Assembly (NCBI GenBank): GCA_965208835.1
Contig: OZ242358.1
Span: 2,880,001 to 2,944,000, forward strand
DNA: 64,000 nt
Reading direction: 5' to 3'
From: Candidatus Latescibacterota bacterium
GTDB taxonomy: Bacteria > Latescibacterota > UBA2968 > GCA-2709665
How positions within the stretch are numbered: the stretch's first letter is position 1; each line of letters starts with the position of its first letter. Of this stretch, positions 10,687-20,528 are shown piece by piece. Position numbers and translations under genes: made by a program. The notes below the pieces were generated by a model, which ran no database searches, was not told where the DNA came from, and worked only from the letters and a program-made list of their open reading frames with translations.

Positions 10687-13600
10687 ATGAAAATCTCCGA
10701 ATACGCCATACGTAAACCCATCACGGCGGTGATGTTGACCCTCAGCGTCGTCATGTTGGGGGCGATTTCCCTCCTCCGGCTGCCGCTCGAATACCTGCCG
10801 AACATTACGTTTCCCGTCATGTACGTCAACGTCGACTACCCTTCATCATCGCCTGAAGAGATAGAACGTGAAATTGTCAAGCCGCTTGAAGAGGTGATGG
10901 GCACACTTTCCCACGTGAAGCAGCTGAGCTCGAGATCGTACGCCAATCGCGGCTACGTTCGTCTGGAATTCGAACTCAATACGGATATGGACCTCATGGC
11001 GGTTCACGTCCGGGACCGCCTCGATCAGGTCCGAAACGACCTTCCGGGCGACGTCGAGCGGATTACGATACGCCGCTGGAACACCGAAGATTTCCCGGTG
11101 CTTACCTATGCGCTGAGTTGGCAGGGAACGGATCAGTCCGAGTTCGCGAGTGTTTATGAATACACGATTCTTCCGCGGCTGCAGCGACTGGAAGGCGTCG
11201 GCAGCGTCGAGGTCCGGGGACTGCGGGAAAAGGACCTGCTGATTGAAGTCGACCAGAACCTGTTGCAAACCCATAACCTGGACATACGCGCGCTCAACCG
11301 GGCGATCAGTTCCAACAATGTGAATATCTCTGCCGGGTACGTTAACGAAGCCGAGAAACGCCTGGCCGCACGGACCATCGGTGAGTTTGAGAATGTAGAC
11401 CAGATCCGGCGCCTGCCGCTGCGTACGGGCGTTGAAGTCGGTGACGTTGCGGACGTCACGTACGATTTTCCGGACGAAGAGGATTTCGAACGCCTTGACG
11501 GCAGGGATGCCGTGACGGTTGACATCCGCAAGTCCTCCTCGGCCAACCTGGTGGCCACGGCGGACCTGGTAAAGGACGAATTCCGGCGGATCCAGAAAGA
11601 CATTGGCGATGGCAAACTCAGGGCGCAGGCCATCCGCGACCGATCGCTGGATGTCACCACCGGCATCAAGAGTCTCACTCAGTCAGCAATAATGGGCGGT
11701 TTCCTGGCCATCGTCGTCATTTTCGTTTTTCTCAGAAACTTCCGGAGCACGCTCATAATCGGTTCTGCGATCCCGATATCCGCCATCACCGTCTTTATGG
11801 TGATGTACATCCTGCGCCAAGTCTTCGGATCCAATATCACCCTCAATCTAATGTCCATGATGGGCTTGATGGTCGCGATCGGCATGCTCGTCGACCCCGC
11901 CGTCGTTGCTCTGGAAAACATCTTCAGAAAGAGGTACGACGAAGGACAGACACTAAGGAACGCCGCGCTTGACGGCAGTCGGGAAATCGGGATTCCCGTA
12001 CTTGCAGCCTCGCTGACAACCGTCTGTGTCTTCGTACCCATCATCTTTGTGACCGACTCACGGAGCGCCCTGTTCATGAGGGACTTCGCGCTAACGGTTT
12101 GCATTTCCGTCGGCGCGTCTTTCTGCGTGGCGCTTTCCCTGATCCCGCTGGCGGCATCCAGGGCATTCAACGAAAGCGCATCCCGTCTGGACCGCTGGCT
12201 GAAGTTCGCGTTTGTAATCCTGCTACTGGGGCTCTGCAGCTACGTGGTCTACGCCGAGGGTCTGAGTGAAACCGCTGCATGGCTCTGGAACAACGCGAAC
12301 TTTGTGTTGGCCGGCCTCGCGGCAATACCTGCCGTGGCATGGCTCTTGTTGTCAATGCTGCTGACGGTTATCGGTACTCTCATCTATTATTCCCGAAGGA
12401 CTCGCGGCATCAAGTATCTCTACTCCCGTCTGGTGGTGAACACACTCCGCTACCGATGGACGACCGTCTCGATCGCCTGTACGCTTCTTGGCGCCGGTTA
12501 TTACTTCTTCACGCAGATTGAACAGCAACCCTATCGCTGGCAGCCGACACGCCGGGTCGATATCTCGGTCGAATTGCCGCGAAGCTACGACATTCATGAT
12601 GCGCTGGCGCTATTCGAACGTGTGGAGGCCATCCTGCTTCCGCGAAAGGACAGCCTGGACTTCGCGGCCATGAGCAGCAGGTACAGCGACAGACGGAGCA
12701 ATCGCATCACGCTCTATCTTGTTCCCCCTGACGAAAGCCGTCTTTCCACCGACGAGGTCAAACGCAGGGTCAAGGATCTGTTACCCCGGGATATACCTGG
12801 CGTGAGGTTCAAATCCGGCAGAACATGGGGTAGCAGTTCCACCGGAGCCGGAGTTGAAGTCAAGGGCCGAAACCCTGACGTACTCGCGATGCTGGCGGAG
12901 GACATCCGGCTGCGAATGCAAGGCATTCGAGGGGTTCACGAAGTGGAAACCAGCCTGGAATCCGGCAACGAGGAAATCCAGGTCACCATAAACCGGCGCC
13001 GCGCCAGGCGTTACGGGCTTACGCCATGGCAGGTGGCGACAACGGTTGCAAGTGCGCTGGGCACCCGGGGCAATAGCAAGTTCAAGACAGAGAACGGAGA
13101 AATCGACATAACCGTACAACTCAAGGAAGAGGATCGGGCCACTCTGGAACAGCTAAGGAACACGTACTTTGAGAGCGAAACGGGTAATATGGTCTCGTTT
13201 GCCAGCCTGGCGGACTTCCGCGTCCGCAAGGGTCCTCAAGCGCTCGAGCGCGAAAACCGGATGTCCACGTTAACCGTATTCGCCAATACGGAACAGCAGG
13301 CAGTATTCTCCGTTGGACGTGAAATGAGCAGGCGAATGCGTGCGATACCGCTGCCGGCGGGGTACTCGTGGCAGATGGACCGGCGCTTCCGATGGATGAA
13401 TCAGGAACAGGGCGAAACCAATCTTACCATGATCTTCGCCGCGCTTCTCGTATACATGATCATGGCCGCCCTCTTCGAGTCCTACGCGCACCCGTTTACG
13501 ATTATGTTTTCCATTTGTTTCGCCTTCATTGGCGTCTCGTTTGCGCTGTATGCCTTCAATATCCCATTGGACAGCAACGCCACCTATGGTCTGCTGATAC

Positions 13601-13953
13601 TTTTCGGCATCGTCGTGAACAACGGCATCGTCCTGATAGACCATATCAACCGCTATCGTAAACAGGGCCTCTACCGTCGTGATGCCATTATCCGGGGCGG
13701 TCAGGACCGATTGCGTCCCATACTGATGACCGCGACCACGACAATCCTGGGCCTCACGCCCCTGGTTTTGCCGATGATCTACGGCACGGCTGAGGGGACC
13801 GCTCGTCGATGGGGACCAATCGGTTTTGTAGTTATCTCGGGGCTGATGGTCTCCACCATTCTTACGCTGGTCATCCTGCCTACCGTCTACTCGCTCATGG
13901 ACGACCTGGCGTCGTACATGAAGCGGACGGTCGCGACCGTGAGAGGCGCGTGA
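10687..13953 (+). CDS. RND efflux transporter permease (AcrB/AcrD/AcrF family)
   Basis: 1088 aa; SPEEIE, GMLVD..VVALEN, GIVVNNGIVLID, RLRPILMT motifs. Confidence 0.93.
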   Translation: MKISEYAIRKPITAVMLTLSVVMLGAISLLRLPLEYLPNITFPVMYVNVDYPSSSPEEIEREIVKPLEEVMGTLSHVKQLSSRSYANRGYVRLEFELNTDMDLMAVHVRDRLDQVRNDLPGDVERITIRRWNTEDFPVLTYALSWQGTDQSEFASVYEYTILPRLQRLEGVGSVEVRGLREKDLLIEVDQNLLQTHNLDIRALNRAISSNNVNISAGYVNEAEKRLAARTIGEFENVDQIRRLPLRTGVEVGDVADVTYDFPDEEDFERLDGRDAVTVDIRKSSSANLVATADLVKDEFRRIQKDIGDGKLRAQAIRDRSLDVTTGIKSLTQSAIMGGFLAIVVIFVFLRNFRSTLIIGSAIPISAITVFMVMYILRQVFGSNITLNLMSMMGLMVAIGMLVDPAVVALENIFRKRYDEGQTLRNAALDGSREIGIPVLAASLTTVCVFVPIIFVTDSRSALFMRDFALTVCISVGASFCVALSLIPLAASRAFNESASRLDRWLKFAFVILLLGLCSYVVYAEGLSETAAWLWNNANFVLAGLAAIPAVAWLLLSMLLTVIGTLIYYSRRTRGIKYLYSRLVVNTLRYRWTTVSIACTLLGAGYYFFTQIEQQPYRWQPTRRVDISVELPRSYDIHDALALFERVEAILLPRKDSLDFAAMSSRYSDRRSNRITLYLVPPDESRLSTDEVKRRVKDLLPRDIPGVRFKSGRTWGSSSTGAGVEVKGRNPDVLAMLAEDIRLRMQGIRGVHEVETSLESGNEEIQVTINRRRARRYGLTPWQVATTVASALGTRGNSKFKTENGEIDITVQLKEEDRATLEQLRNTYFESETGNMVSFASLADFRVRKGPQALERENRMSTLTVFANTEQQAVFSVGREMSRRMRAIPLPAGYSWQMDRRFRWMNQEQGETNLTMIFAALLVYMIMAALFESYAHPFTIMFSICFAFIGVSFALYAFNIPLDSNATYGLLILFGIVVNNGIVLIDHINRYRKQGLYRRDAIIRGGQDRLRPILMTATTTILGLTPLVLPMIYGTAEGTARRWGPIGFVVISGLMVSTILTLVILPTVYSLMDDLASYMKRTVATVRGA

Positions 13954-14624
13954 AACAACTCGCCGTCGTGCTGCTCAGCGGCGGGTTGGACAGCTGCGTC
14001 ACCGCCGCCGTCGCCCGCCAGAATTTCGACCTCGCGCTTTTTCACCTGGACTACGGACACCGAACGAACGCCCGCGAACGCCGGGCGTTCCACGATATCG
14101 CCGACCACTACGACGTTCCGGCGGGTCGTCGCCTGGCCGCCCGAACGGACGCGCTCCGTCAGGTCGGCGGTTCCGCTCTGACAGACCGAAACGTACCCGT
14201 TCCGGATGCCGTCGCCGACCGGAACGACGTTCCCGTCACGTATGTACCTTTCCGGAATGCGCTCCTTCTCAGCTTGGGGGTTTCGTGGGCAGAATCCCAC
14301 GGCGCATCGAGTGTGTATCTGGGCGCCGTCGAAGAAGACGGTTCCGGATACCCCGATTGTACGCAAGCGTTCTGTGACGCGTTCGCACGGGCGGTCGACT
14401 CCGGTACACGCCCGGAATCCCACATCAGAATCCTCACGCCGGTTATCCACCTCAAGAAAGCACAGATCGTCCGACTTGGCGTGGAACTCGCCGCCCCGCT
14501 GCACCTCACCTGGTCGTGCTACAGAAACAGCGACCGCGCCTGCGGTCGCTGCCATAGCTGCATCCTCCGTCTGAAGGCCTTCGAGACGGCCGGTATTCCC
14601 GACCCCGTCCAATATGAATCCTGA
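13950..14624 (+). CDS. queC: 7-cyano-7-deazaguanine synthase
   Basis: LLSGGLDS PP-loop, TYVPFRN, GYPDC, TWSCY..CGRCHSC; GTG start overlaps the RND stop (GTGA). Confidence 0.95.
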   Translation: MKQLAVVLLSGGLDSCVTAAVARQNFDLALFHLDYGHRTNARERRAFHDIADHYDVPAGRRLAARTDALRQVGGSALTDRNVPVPDAVADRNDVPVTYVPFRNALLLSLGVSWAESHGASSVYLGAVEEDGSGYPDCTQAFCDAFARAVDSGTRPESHIRILTPVIHLKKAQIVRLGVELAAPLHLTWSCYRNSDRACGRCHSCILRLKAFETAGIPDPVQYES

Positions 14625-14638
14625 GCCCGCCGAACTGG

Positions 14639-14962
14639 CAGACCGTTGAAAAAGCCCATCCGGGCTACGGCCGGCCCTTGCGGTCGAAATACTGCGTTGC
14701 GCTCCCTCGCCGAATCGATGGATGGGACTCGGTCGCGCGCCTAGTCTTCGGCCACAATGGCAAGTGTTCTGTCCCGGAGATAGATTGCCGAAATTCGACC
14801 GCCGAGTCGCCCGGCTGACAAGGCGCCTGAGCGAGGCGACCTGCGCAAGGTCACCGAGCGAGGGCAACGCCGCCAGACGGGATGAATCGGCGGATGAATG
14901 GTGACATATCTCCGGGACGGGACACCATACCTCGCCTGCAGAGCGACTTTATCAACGGACTG
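14639..14962. mobile_element. MITE family B, copy 2 (324 bp, carries a nested element)
   Basis: TIRs CAGACCGTTGAAAAAG / CTTTATCAACGGACTG; matches the reverse complement of 3893-4052 except for a central insertion; abuts the KamA TAG stop. Confidence 0.82.
14764..14925. mobile_element. MITE family C (162 bp) nested in family B copy 2
   Basis: TIRs GTGTTCTGTCCCGGAGATA / TATCTCCGGGACGGGACAC; segment absent from copy 1 of family B. Confidence 0.75.
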
Positions 14963-16330
14963 CTAGCCGGCGCCCGCGAGCGCTTCTTCCATCATTGACT
15001 GTCTTTCGCTTGATTCCGTCCAGCGCTGCTGAATATCGGGCGCCAGGCAATCGATGGGATCAAAATAGAAGAATAGCTCTCCCGGCCGCACGGTGGGACT
15101 TGCAAACACCGCGATTCCCGTTTCTTCGTTGTAATGTTCGTAGGAATGCCCGTCGCGTTTACCGCCGCCGCCCAGTGTATCGACAATGAACGTCGGCGTG
15201 TTATACCCCGCCGTCGTGCCCCTGAGCGTTTTTTCAATTTCAAGACCCGCTCGCAACGTCGTGCGGAGATCCTCGACCCCCTGTACCAGATCGTGGAAGA
15301 ACACGTAGTAGGGCTGAACATTCACGTAACTCAGCCGTTTCACGAGCATCTGCATTGTAAGCACGTCGTCGTTTACGCCGCGCTGAAGTACCGCCTGATT
15401 CCGTACCGTGACCCCCCGCTCCATCAGCAGGCCCATTGCATCCTGCGTCACGCCGGTTATTTCACCCGGATGGTTGAAGTGGGTATGCATGACCACTTCC
15501 TTGTGCATCCTGCGTCCCCGATCGGCCACATCGACGAGCGCATTCACCCAATCCACGTCGCTCAGGATCTTCCCCGGCATGACCGCCGGGCCCTTGGTTG
15601 CAAAGCGAAACCGTCGAATATGCGGAATATCCAACAGCGCCTCGCCCACCTCCCGGACCTGCGCCGCCCTGAGGTTGTAGACGTCGCCGCCGCTGACCAC
15701 GACGTCTTCCACCTCGGGGCGCGACCTCAAATAGTCGAAGACCAGGCGCCAGCGTTTCCTGTTGGCACTCAGACGGACCTTTTCCACGCCTTCCGTATCG
15801 AGCCCCACGGCGTAACTCCGCGTACAGAACCGGCAGTAGACAGGACAGGTATCCAGCGTGAGAAAGAGCGCCCTGTCGGGATAACGGTGGGTAAGTCCCG
15901 GTACGGGAGAGTCGCCCTGTTCGTTCAGTGAATCCAGGTGTAGCTCGGGGTGATCCGGCAACTGCTGCGAGGCCATGGGCAGGAACTGCGTGCGCAACGG
16001 ATCCCCGTACGGATCATCCCAGTCGATCAGGCTCAGGATATATGGTGAAATCCGAATGCTCATCGGGGCCCTGCTTAACCCTTCGCGCAGGTCTGCGAAA
16101 AAGCCCGGTCCGACGAGCCCGCCAAGTACTTCCTGCAGACCCTCCACGCTGGTTGGCGAATTGCGGGCTTGAAAGAGGTGGGAGTGAAACGTATCGGCGT
16201 CAACATTCGCGTATGCCGGAATCGTCCTCCAGAAAGCATCCCTGCGCAACCGGCGATGGGCGAATGCCGCCTCCTGATCTGCCATGCCTGCCACAGTGAC
16301 GTCGGCAACATCGACACTTGCAGTATCCAT
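14963..16330 (-). CDS. KamA-family radical SAM/PLP aminomutase (lysine 2,3-aminomutase-like)
   Basis: GLTHRYPDR, CPVYCRFCTR (CX3CX2C), SGGD, NQAVLQRGVND, GGGGK PLP lysine. Confidence 0.9.
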   Translation of the reverse strand: MDTASVDVADVTVAGMADQEAAFAHRRLRRDAFWRTIPAYANVDADTFHSHLFQARNSPTSVEGLQEVLGGLVGPGFFADLREGLSRAPMSIRISPYILSLIDWDDPYGDPLRTQFLPMASQQLPDHPELHLDSLNEQGDSPVPGLTHRYPDRALFLTLDTCPVYCRFCTRSYAVGLDTEGVEKVRLSANRKRWRLVFDYLRSRPEVEDVVVSGGDVYNLRAAQVREVGEALLDIPHIRRFRFATKGPAVMPGKILSDVDWVNALVDVADRGRRMHKEVVMHTHFNHPGEITGVTQDAMGLLMERGVTVRNQAVLQRGVNDDVLTMQMLVKRLSYVNVQPYYVFFHDLVQGVEDLRTTLRAGLEIEKTLRGTTAGYNTPTFIVDTLGGGGKRDGHSYEHYNEETGIAVFASPTVRPGELFFYFDPIDCLAPDIQQRWTESSERQSMMEEALAGAG

Positions 16331-16509
16331 ACCTGTCGCTATCCCTCTGAACCTGAGTGTTTGAATTCCACAGTCATCCCGGCGAGTCGTCTTCACCGGT
16401 AGCGTCGCAAACGGTCAGGGCGACCGGCACCCCGTCGATCTCGGCTGCATGCAGCGTGTATCGCTGCGCCGGGGGCACTCCGCAAATCGGGAACGATTCA
16501 AAGCAAGAT

Positions 16510-16537
16510 ATGATATCATCCTTGCGAGAATTGTCAA
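16510..16537 (-). promoter_or_regulatory. Putative sigma70 promoter for the KamA-like gene
   Basis: TTGACA-N16-TATCAT on the minus strand. Confidence 0.5.
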
Positions 16538-16634
16538 GGGTTTTCCAGCAATGGCGGCCGTTTCCGGGAAAATCCGCTTGTTAGGGTTATTTATCCTGCT
16601 TATATTTCATAAGTTAGACAATGTCGTCTCCTTA

Positions 16635-16820
16635 GAAGCTGTTTTAAAATTCCCAGCGGTCTTCGCGCGGCTGCAAAAGCGCCGGTCGGCGTTGGTCAAA
16701 CCCACCCGTCGTACGAGATCGAGGCTGCGCTTGCTCGCCTCTCATAGGCGGGTTTTCCCGTCTTGACCGCCACTTTTTCGCTCGCGCTCGGGAACTCACC
16801 GGTAATTTTAGAACAGCTTC
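16635..16820. mobile_element. MITE family A, copy 2 (186 bp)
   Basis: TIRs GAAGCTGTTTTAAAATT / AATTTTAGAACAGCTTC with a perfect TTA direct repeat on both flanks. Confidence 0.85.
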
Positions 16821-16844
16821 TTAACGAAAGAACTGCCACGGACA

Positions 16845-19607
16845 ATGTCAAAACGAGCGCTTAAGTTTCTTGTTCCACTGGCCGGATTGCTTCTCGGTTA
16901 CACGTGCGTTCGCCTGGCCGTGTACTTTTATACCGACTGGCTCTGGTTTCAGAACCTCGGATTCGGGTCTGTTCTCGTCACCACGGCCCTGGCCCGCCTT
17001 CTTTCGTTTATGGCCTTTGCATCCACTTTCGCTGCCATCGCGGCTGTCAACATCGGCATCGCGCGCAAGTACGGCCGGCATACCCGCGAGATGCCGCTCG
17101 AGGTCCTCGTTGCGGACGCTGAGCCTGTACTGCCGGAACGACGCAAGCGCCAGTTCATCCTCTGGTCGGCCGCAATCGTCCTGTTGACGGCTGCAACCGG
17201 CCTGATCGGCGCAGCCGCCTGGATGCCGCTGCTGCGATATTTTTATCCGGTACAATTCGGTTTCACCGACCCCGTCTTCGCCAACGACCTCAGCTTCTAT
17301 TTCTTCCACCTCCCCGCGTACAACTTTGTACAGGGCTGGTTGGCGTTCGCCGTCATTCTCACCATCGTCCTCGTCAGTTTCTCCTATCATCAGGACCGCG
17401 CACTGCGCAAAGTGGAACGGGGCTGGTCGTCGACGCCGTACGTCCGCGCCCACCTTTCCGCGCTGACGGCGATTCTCGCGTTCATCTGCGCCTGGTGGTA
17501 TTGGCTCAAGGAATACGAAATCCTCTATTCCTTTCGAAAGGACGCGTTCTTCGGCGCGGGATATACCGACGTCCATGTTCAGGTATACGTCTACCGGCTG
17601 ATGATGGTCCTCTCCATCGTTCTCGGGGCTTTGCTGGTGTACAACCTGCGCGACAGGAAGTGGTGGCCTATCGCCTTCGGCGGCACCACCTATGTCTCGG
17701 CCATTCTTCTGCTCAGCTGGCTGTTTCCGATTCTCTTTGAACAATTCGTTGTGAAACCCGACGAATTGAGACTCGAAGAACCCTACATTCAAAGGACCAT
17801 AGAACACACGCAGCGGGCGTACGGCCTGGATCGAATCGAAGAGGTCCCCTTTCCGGCGGAGTCCGATCTGGATTTTCAGGATATCCGGAACAATCTGCCC
17901 ACCATCCGCAGCATCCCGCTGTGGGACCGCCGTCCCCTGATTGCAACCTACAGCCAGCTTCAGGAAATCCGGTCCTATTATCGTTTTGGAAGTATCGACG
18001 TCGACCGGTATGAGATCAACGGCGAATATCAGCAGGTGATGGTGGCCGCGCGGGAATTCTCGCGTGAACAAATGGCGACTCAGGGCGAAACCTGGGTCAA
18101 CCGCCACCTGGTCTACACCCACGGCTACGGGTTCTGCATGAGCCCGGCGAATGAAGTTGGCCAGGAGGGTCTTCCGGAATTCTATGTCAAGGACATCCCG
18201 CCCAATGCGTCGGTGGACATCCGGGTGGACCGCCCGGAGATCTACTATGGCGAAGCCATGCAGGACTACGTAATCGTCAACACCAGGACCGAGGAGTTCG
18301 ACTACCCCCGGGGCGACGAAAACGCATACACCACCTACCGCGGTACTGGCGGGGTACCCGTCAACTCATTTTTTCGCCGACTCCTGTTCGCCTTGCGCTT
18401 CGCCGATCCCTACCTTCTGGTTACGCAAAACCTGAAGCCTGAGAGCCGGATTCAATTCGACCGGCACATCGGCCGTCGTTTCAGGGACGAAGGACCCAGG
18501 CGGTTCCAGAAACTGGCGCCTTATCTCCGCTTCGACGAAGACCCCTATCTGGTCACGGTGAACGGACGGCTTGTCTGGATACAGGACGCTTATACCGAAA
18601 GCAACATGCACCCCTACGCGGAACCCCACGGCAGGCCCTACGTGCGGGAGGCCAACTATATCCGCAACGCCGTCAAAGCAACGCTCGATGCGTACGATGG
18701 CACGGTCACGTTTTACGTGTGGGATCCGGACGACCCGCTTATCCGGTCGTACATGGAGATTTTTCCGGACCTGTACCGGCCAAAGGAGGACATGCCGGAA
18801 GCACTGCGCGCCCACGTCCGATACCCGGCGGACCTGTTCGAAATCCAGGCTTCTCTCTACAACACGTACCACATGACCTCGCCCCAGGTATTCTACAACC
18901 GTGAGGATGTCTGGGAACCGGCCATGGAAATCTACGGGGTTTCCGAACGCCCGCGCGTCATGGCGCCGTACTACATCATCGTCAAGTTGCCGGACGCTGA
19001 CCGGGAGGAATTCGTGCTGATGCTGCCTTCCACGCCTGCCGGAAAAGCCAATATGATCGCGTGGCTTCTCGCCAGATGCGACGGTCCGAACTACGGCAGG
19101 CTTATGGTGTACAAACTGCCCAAGAAGAAGCTTGTCTACGGTCCCATGCTGATCGAACGCCGCATCGACCAGGATACCGACGTCTCACGGGAAATCACAC
19201 TCTGGAGCCAGAGGGGTTCGGACGTGCTGCGCGGCAACCTGCTCGTCGTTCCCATCGAAAACGGCTTCATCTACGTTGAGCCCCTCTACCTGAGGGCCAC
19301 CCAGAGCGGCATGCCGGAACTGAAGCGTGTACTCGTGGCGCACGGAGATCGACTCGCGATGGCCGAAGACCTTGAACGGGCGCTGATCCTGGCTTTCGAA
19401 GAACGAGAAACCATTCCGGATATTCGGCACATCCCGTCGCCGGCTTCGACGGTTTTCGGGAAGCTGAGCCAGACCGCACTCGCGCAGTTCGACACGGCGC
19501 AGTCACGCCTTCGAAGAGGTGACTTCACTGGATACGGAGAAGCCGTTGAAAGCCTTCGGAAGACCCTTCAACAACTGCGCAGCGAGGCGGAAGAAGAGGA
19601 AAGATAG
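16845..19607 (+). CDS. UPF0182 family integral membrane protein
   Basis: DWLWF, DPVF..DLSFY, YTHGYG, PEIYYGE, NYIRNAVKA..DAYDG, GNLLVVP..YVEPLY. Confidence 0.92.
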   Translation: MSKRALKFLVPLAGLLLGYTCVRLAVYFYTDWLWFQNLGFGSVLVTTALARLLSFMAFASTFAAIAAVNIGIARKYGRHTREMPLEVLVADAEPVLPERRKRQFILWSAAIVLLTAATGLIGAAAWMPLLRYFYPVQFGFTDPVFANDLSFYFFHLPAYNFVQGWLAFAVILTIVLVSFSYHQDRALRKVERGWSSTPYVRAHLSALTAILAFICAWWYWLKEYEILYSFRKDAFFGAGYTDVHVQVYVYRLMMVLSIVLGALLVYNLRDRKWWPIAFGGTTYVSAILLLSWLFPILFEQFVVKPDELRLEEPYIQRTIEHTQRAYGLDRIEEVPFPAESDLDFQDIRNNLPTIRSIPLWDRRPLIATYSQLQEIRSYYRFGSIDVDRYEINGEYQQVMVAAREFSREQMATQGETWVNRHLVYTHGYGFCMSPANEVGQEGLPEFYVKDIPPNASVDIRVDRPEIYYGEAMQDYVIVNTRTEEFDYPRGDENAYTTYRGTGGVPVNSFFRRLLFALRFADPYLLVTQNLKPESRIQFDRHIGRRFRDEGPRRFQKLAPYLRFDEDPYLVTVNGRLVWIQDAYTESNMHPYAEPHGRPYVREANYIRNAVKATLDAYDGTVTFYVWDPDDPLIRSYMEIFPDLYRPKEDMPEALRAHVRYPADLFEIQASLYNTYHMTSPQVFYNREDVWEPAMEIYGVSERPRVMAPYYIIVKLPDADREEFVLMLPSTPAGKANMIAWLLARCDGPNYGRLMVYKLPKKKLVYGPMLIERRIDQDTDVSREITLWSQRGSDVLRGNLLVVPIENGFIYVEPLYLRATQSGMPELKRVLVAHGDRLAMAEDLERALILAFEERETIPDIRHIPSPASTVFGKLSQTALAQFDTAQSRLRRGDFTGYGEAVESLRKTLQQLRSEAEEEER

Positions 19608-19611
19608 GTCG

Positions 19612-20526
19612 ATGTCCGATGTGAACACATCAAGATGGGCCTCGCTGCCAACGGAACAACGAAATCCCGCCAGTGCGCACATCGACGAGGCGTCCACGCT
19701 GCGGATCCTCGAAATCCTCAATGAAGAAGACAGCAAGGTTCCACGGGCCGTGAATGCGGTACTTCCGCAGGTCGCTGAGGCCGTGGAGCTTGTGGTGATG
19801 GCGATGAGGAACGGCGGCCGGCTTTTCTATGTTGGTGCCGGTTCCAGCGGCCGGCTCGGCGTCCTGGACGCCGCCGAATGCCCCCCCACGTTCGGAACCC
19901 CGCAAGGGACGGTTCAGGGGATTGTCGCGGGCGGAGCCGGCGCGCTTCTCCGAGCGGCGGAACGCGCTGAGGACCGGCCGGAAGACGGTGCGCGTGAACT
20001 TCGACGACGGAATCTGTCGGAGCGGGATATCGTGGTGGGTATTGCGGCCAGCGGCGTAACGCCCTTTGTGCTGGGTGCGCTCGAGTACGCCCGGCGCAAG
20101 GGCGCGGATACCGTCTTTTTCACGTGCAACCCGAATGCGGCGGGGCAGGTGGACGCGAAAATCAGCATCGTGCCGGAAGTCGGCCCCGAAGCCATCACCG
20201 GCTCCACGCGCCTGAAGGCCGGCACCGCGACCAAGATTGTATTGAATATGATCTCGACGGCGTCCATGGTCAGGATGGGCAAGGTGTACGGCAATCTGAT
20301 GGTGGACCTGACACCCACTTGCGCAAAGCTGAACGACCGCGCCCGCCGGATTCTGATGGAAACGACGGGTCTTTCCGGTGAAGACAGCCGGCGGTTACTC
20401 GGTGCGGCCGGCGATCTCAAGACGGCAATTGTGATGTCAAAACGGGCCGTCTCGAAGGAGACGGCCCGTCAATTGCTCGTGGAGAACGGCGGCATCGTAA
20501 GGCTGGCTCTGACAGACAGAACCTGA
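19612..20526 (+). CDS. murQ: N-acetylmuramic acid 6-phosphate etherase
   Basis: TEQRNP, GAGSSGRLGVLDAAECPPTFG, GPEAITGSTRLKAGTATK, GNLMVD. Confidence 0.95.
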   Translation: MSDVNTSRWASLPTEQRNPASAHIDEASTLRILEILNEEDSKVPRAVNAVLPQVAEAVELVVMAMRNGGRLFYVGAGSSGRLGVLDAAECPPTFGTPQGTVQGIVAGGAGALLRAAERAEDRPEDGARELRRRNLSERDIVVGIAASGVTPFVLGALEYARRKGADTVFFTCNPNAAGQVDAKISIVPEVGPEAITGSTRLKAGTATKIVLNMISTASMVRMGKVYGNLMVDLTPTCAKLNDRARRILMETTGLSGEDSRRLLGAAGDLKTAIVMSKRAVSKETARQLLVENGGIVRLALTDRT

Positions 20527-20528
20527 CG

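Noticed and set aside
13950-14624. Dpd/QatC-type DNA-modification or defence island
   Set aside because: Canonical short QueC with no dpd or qat neighbours.
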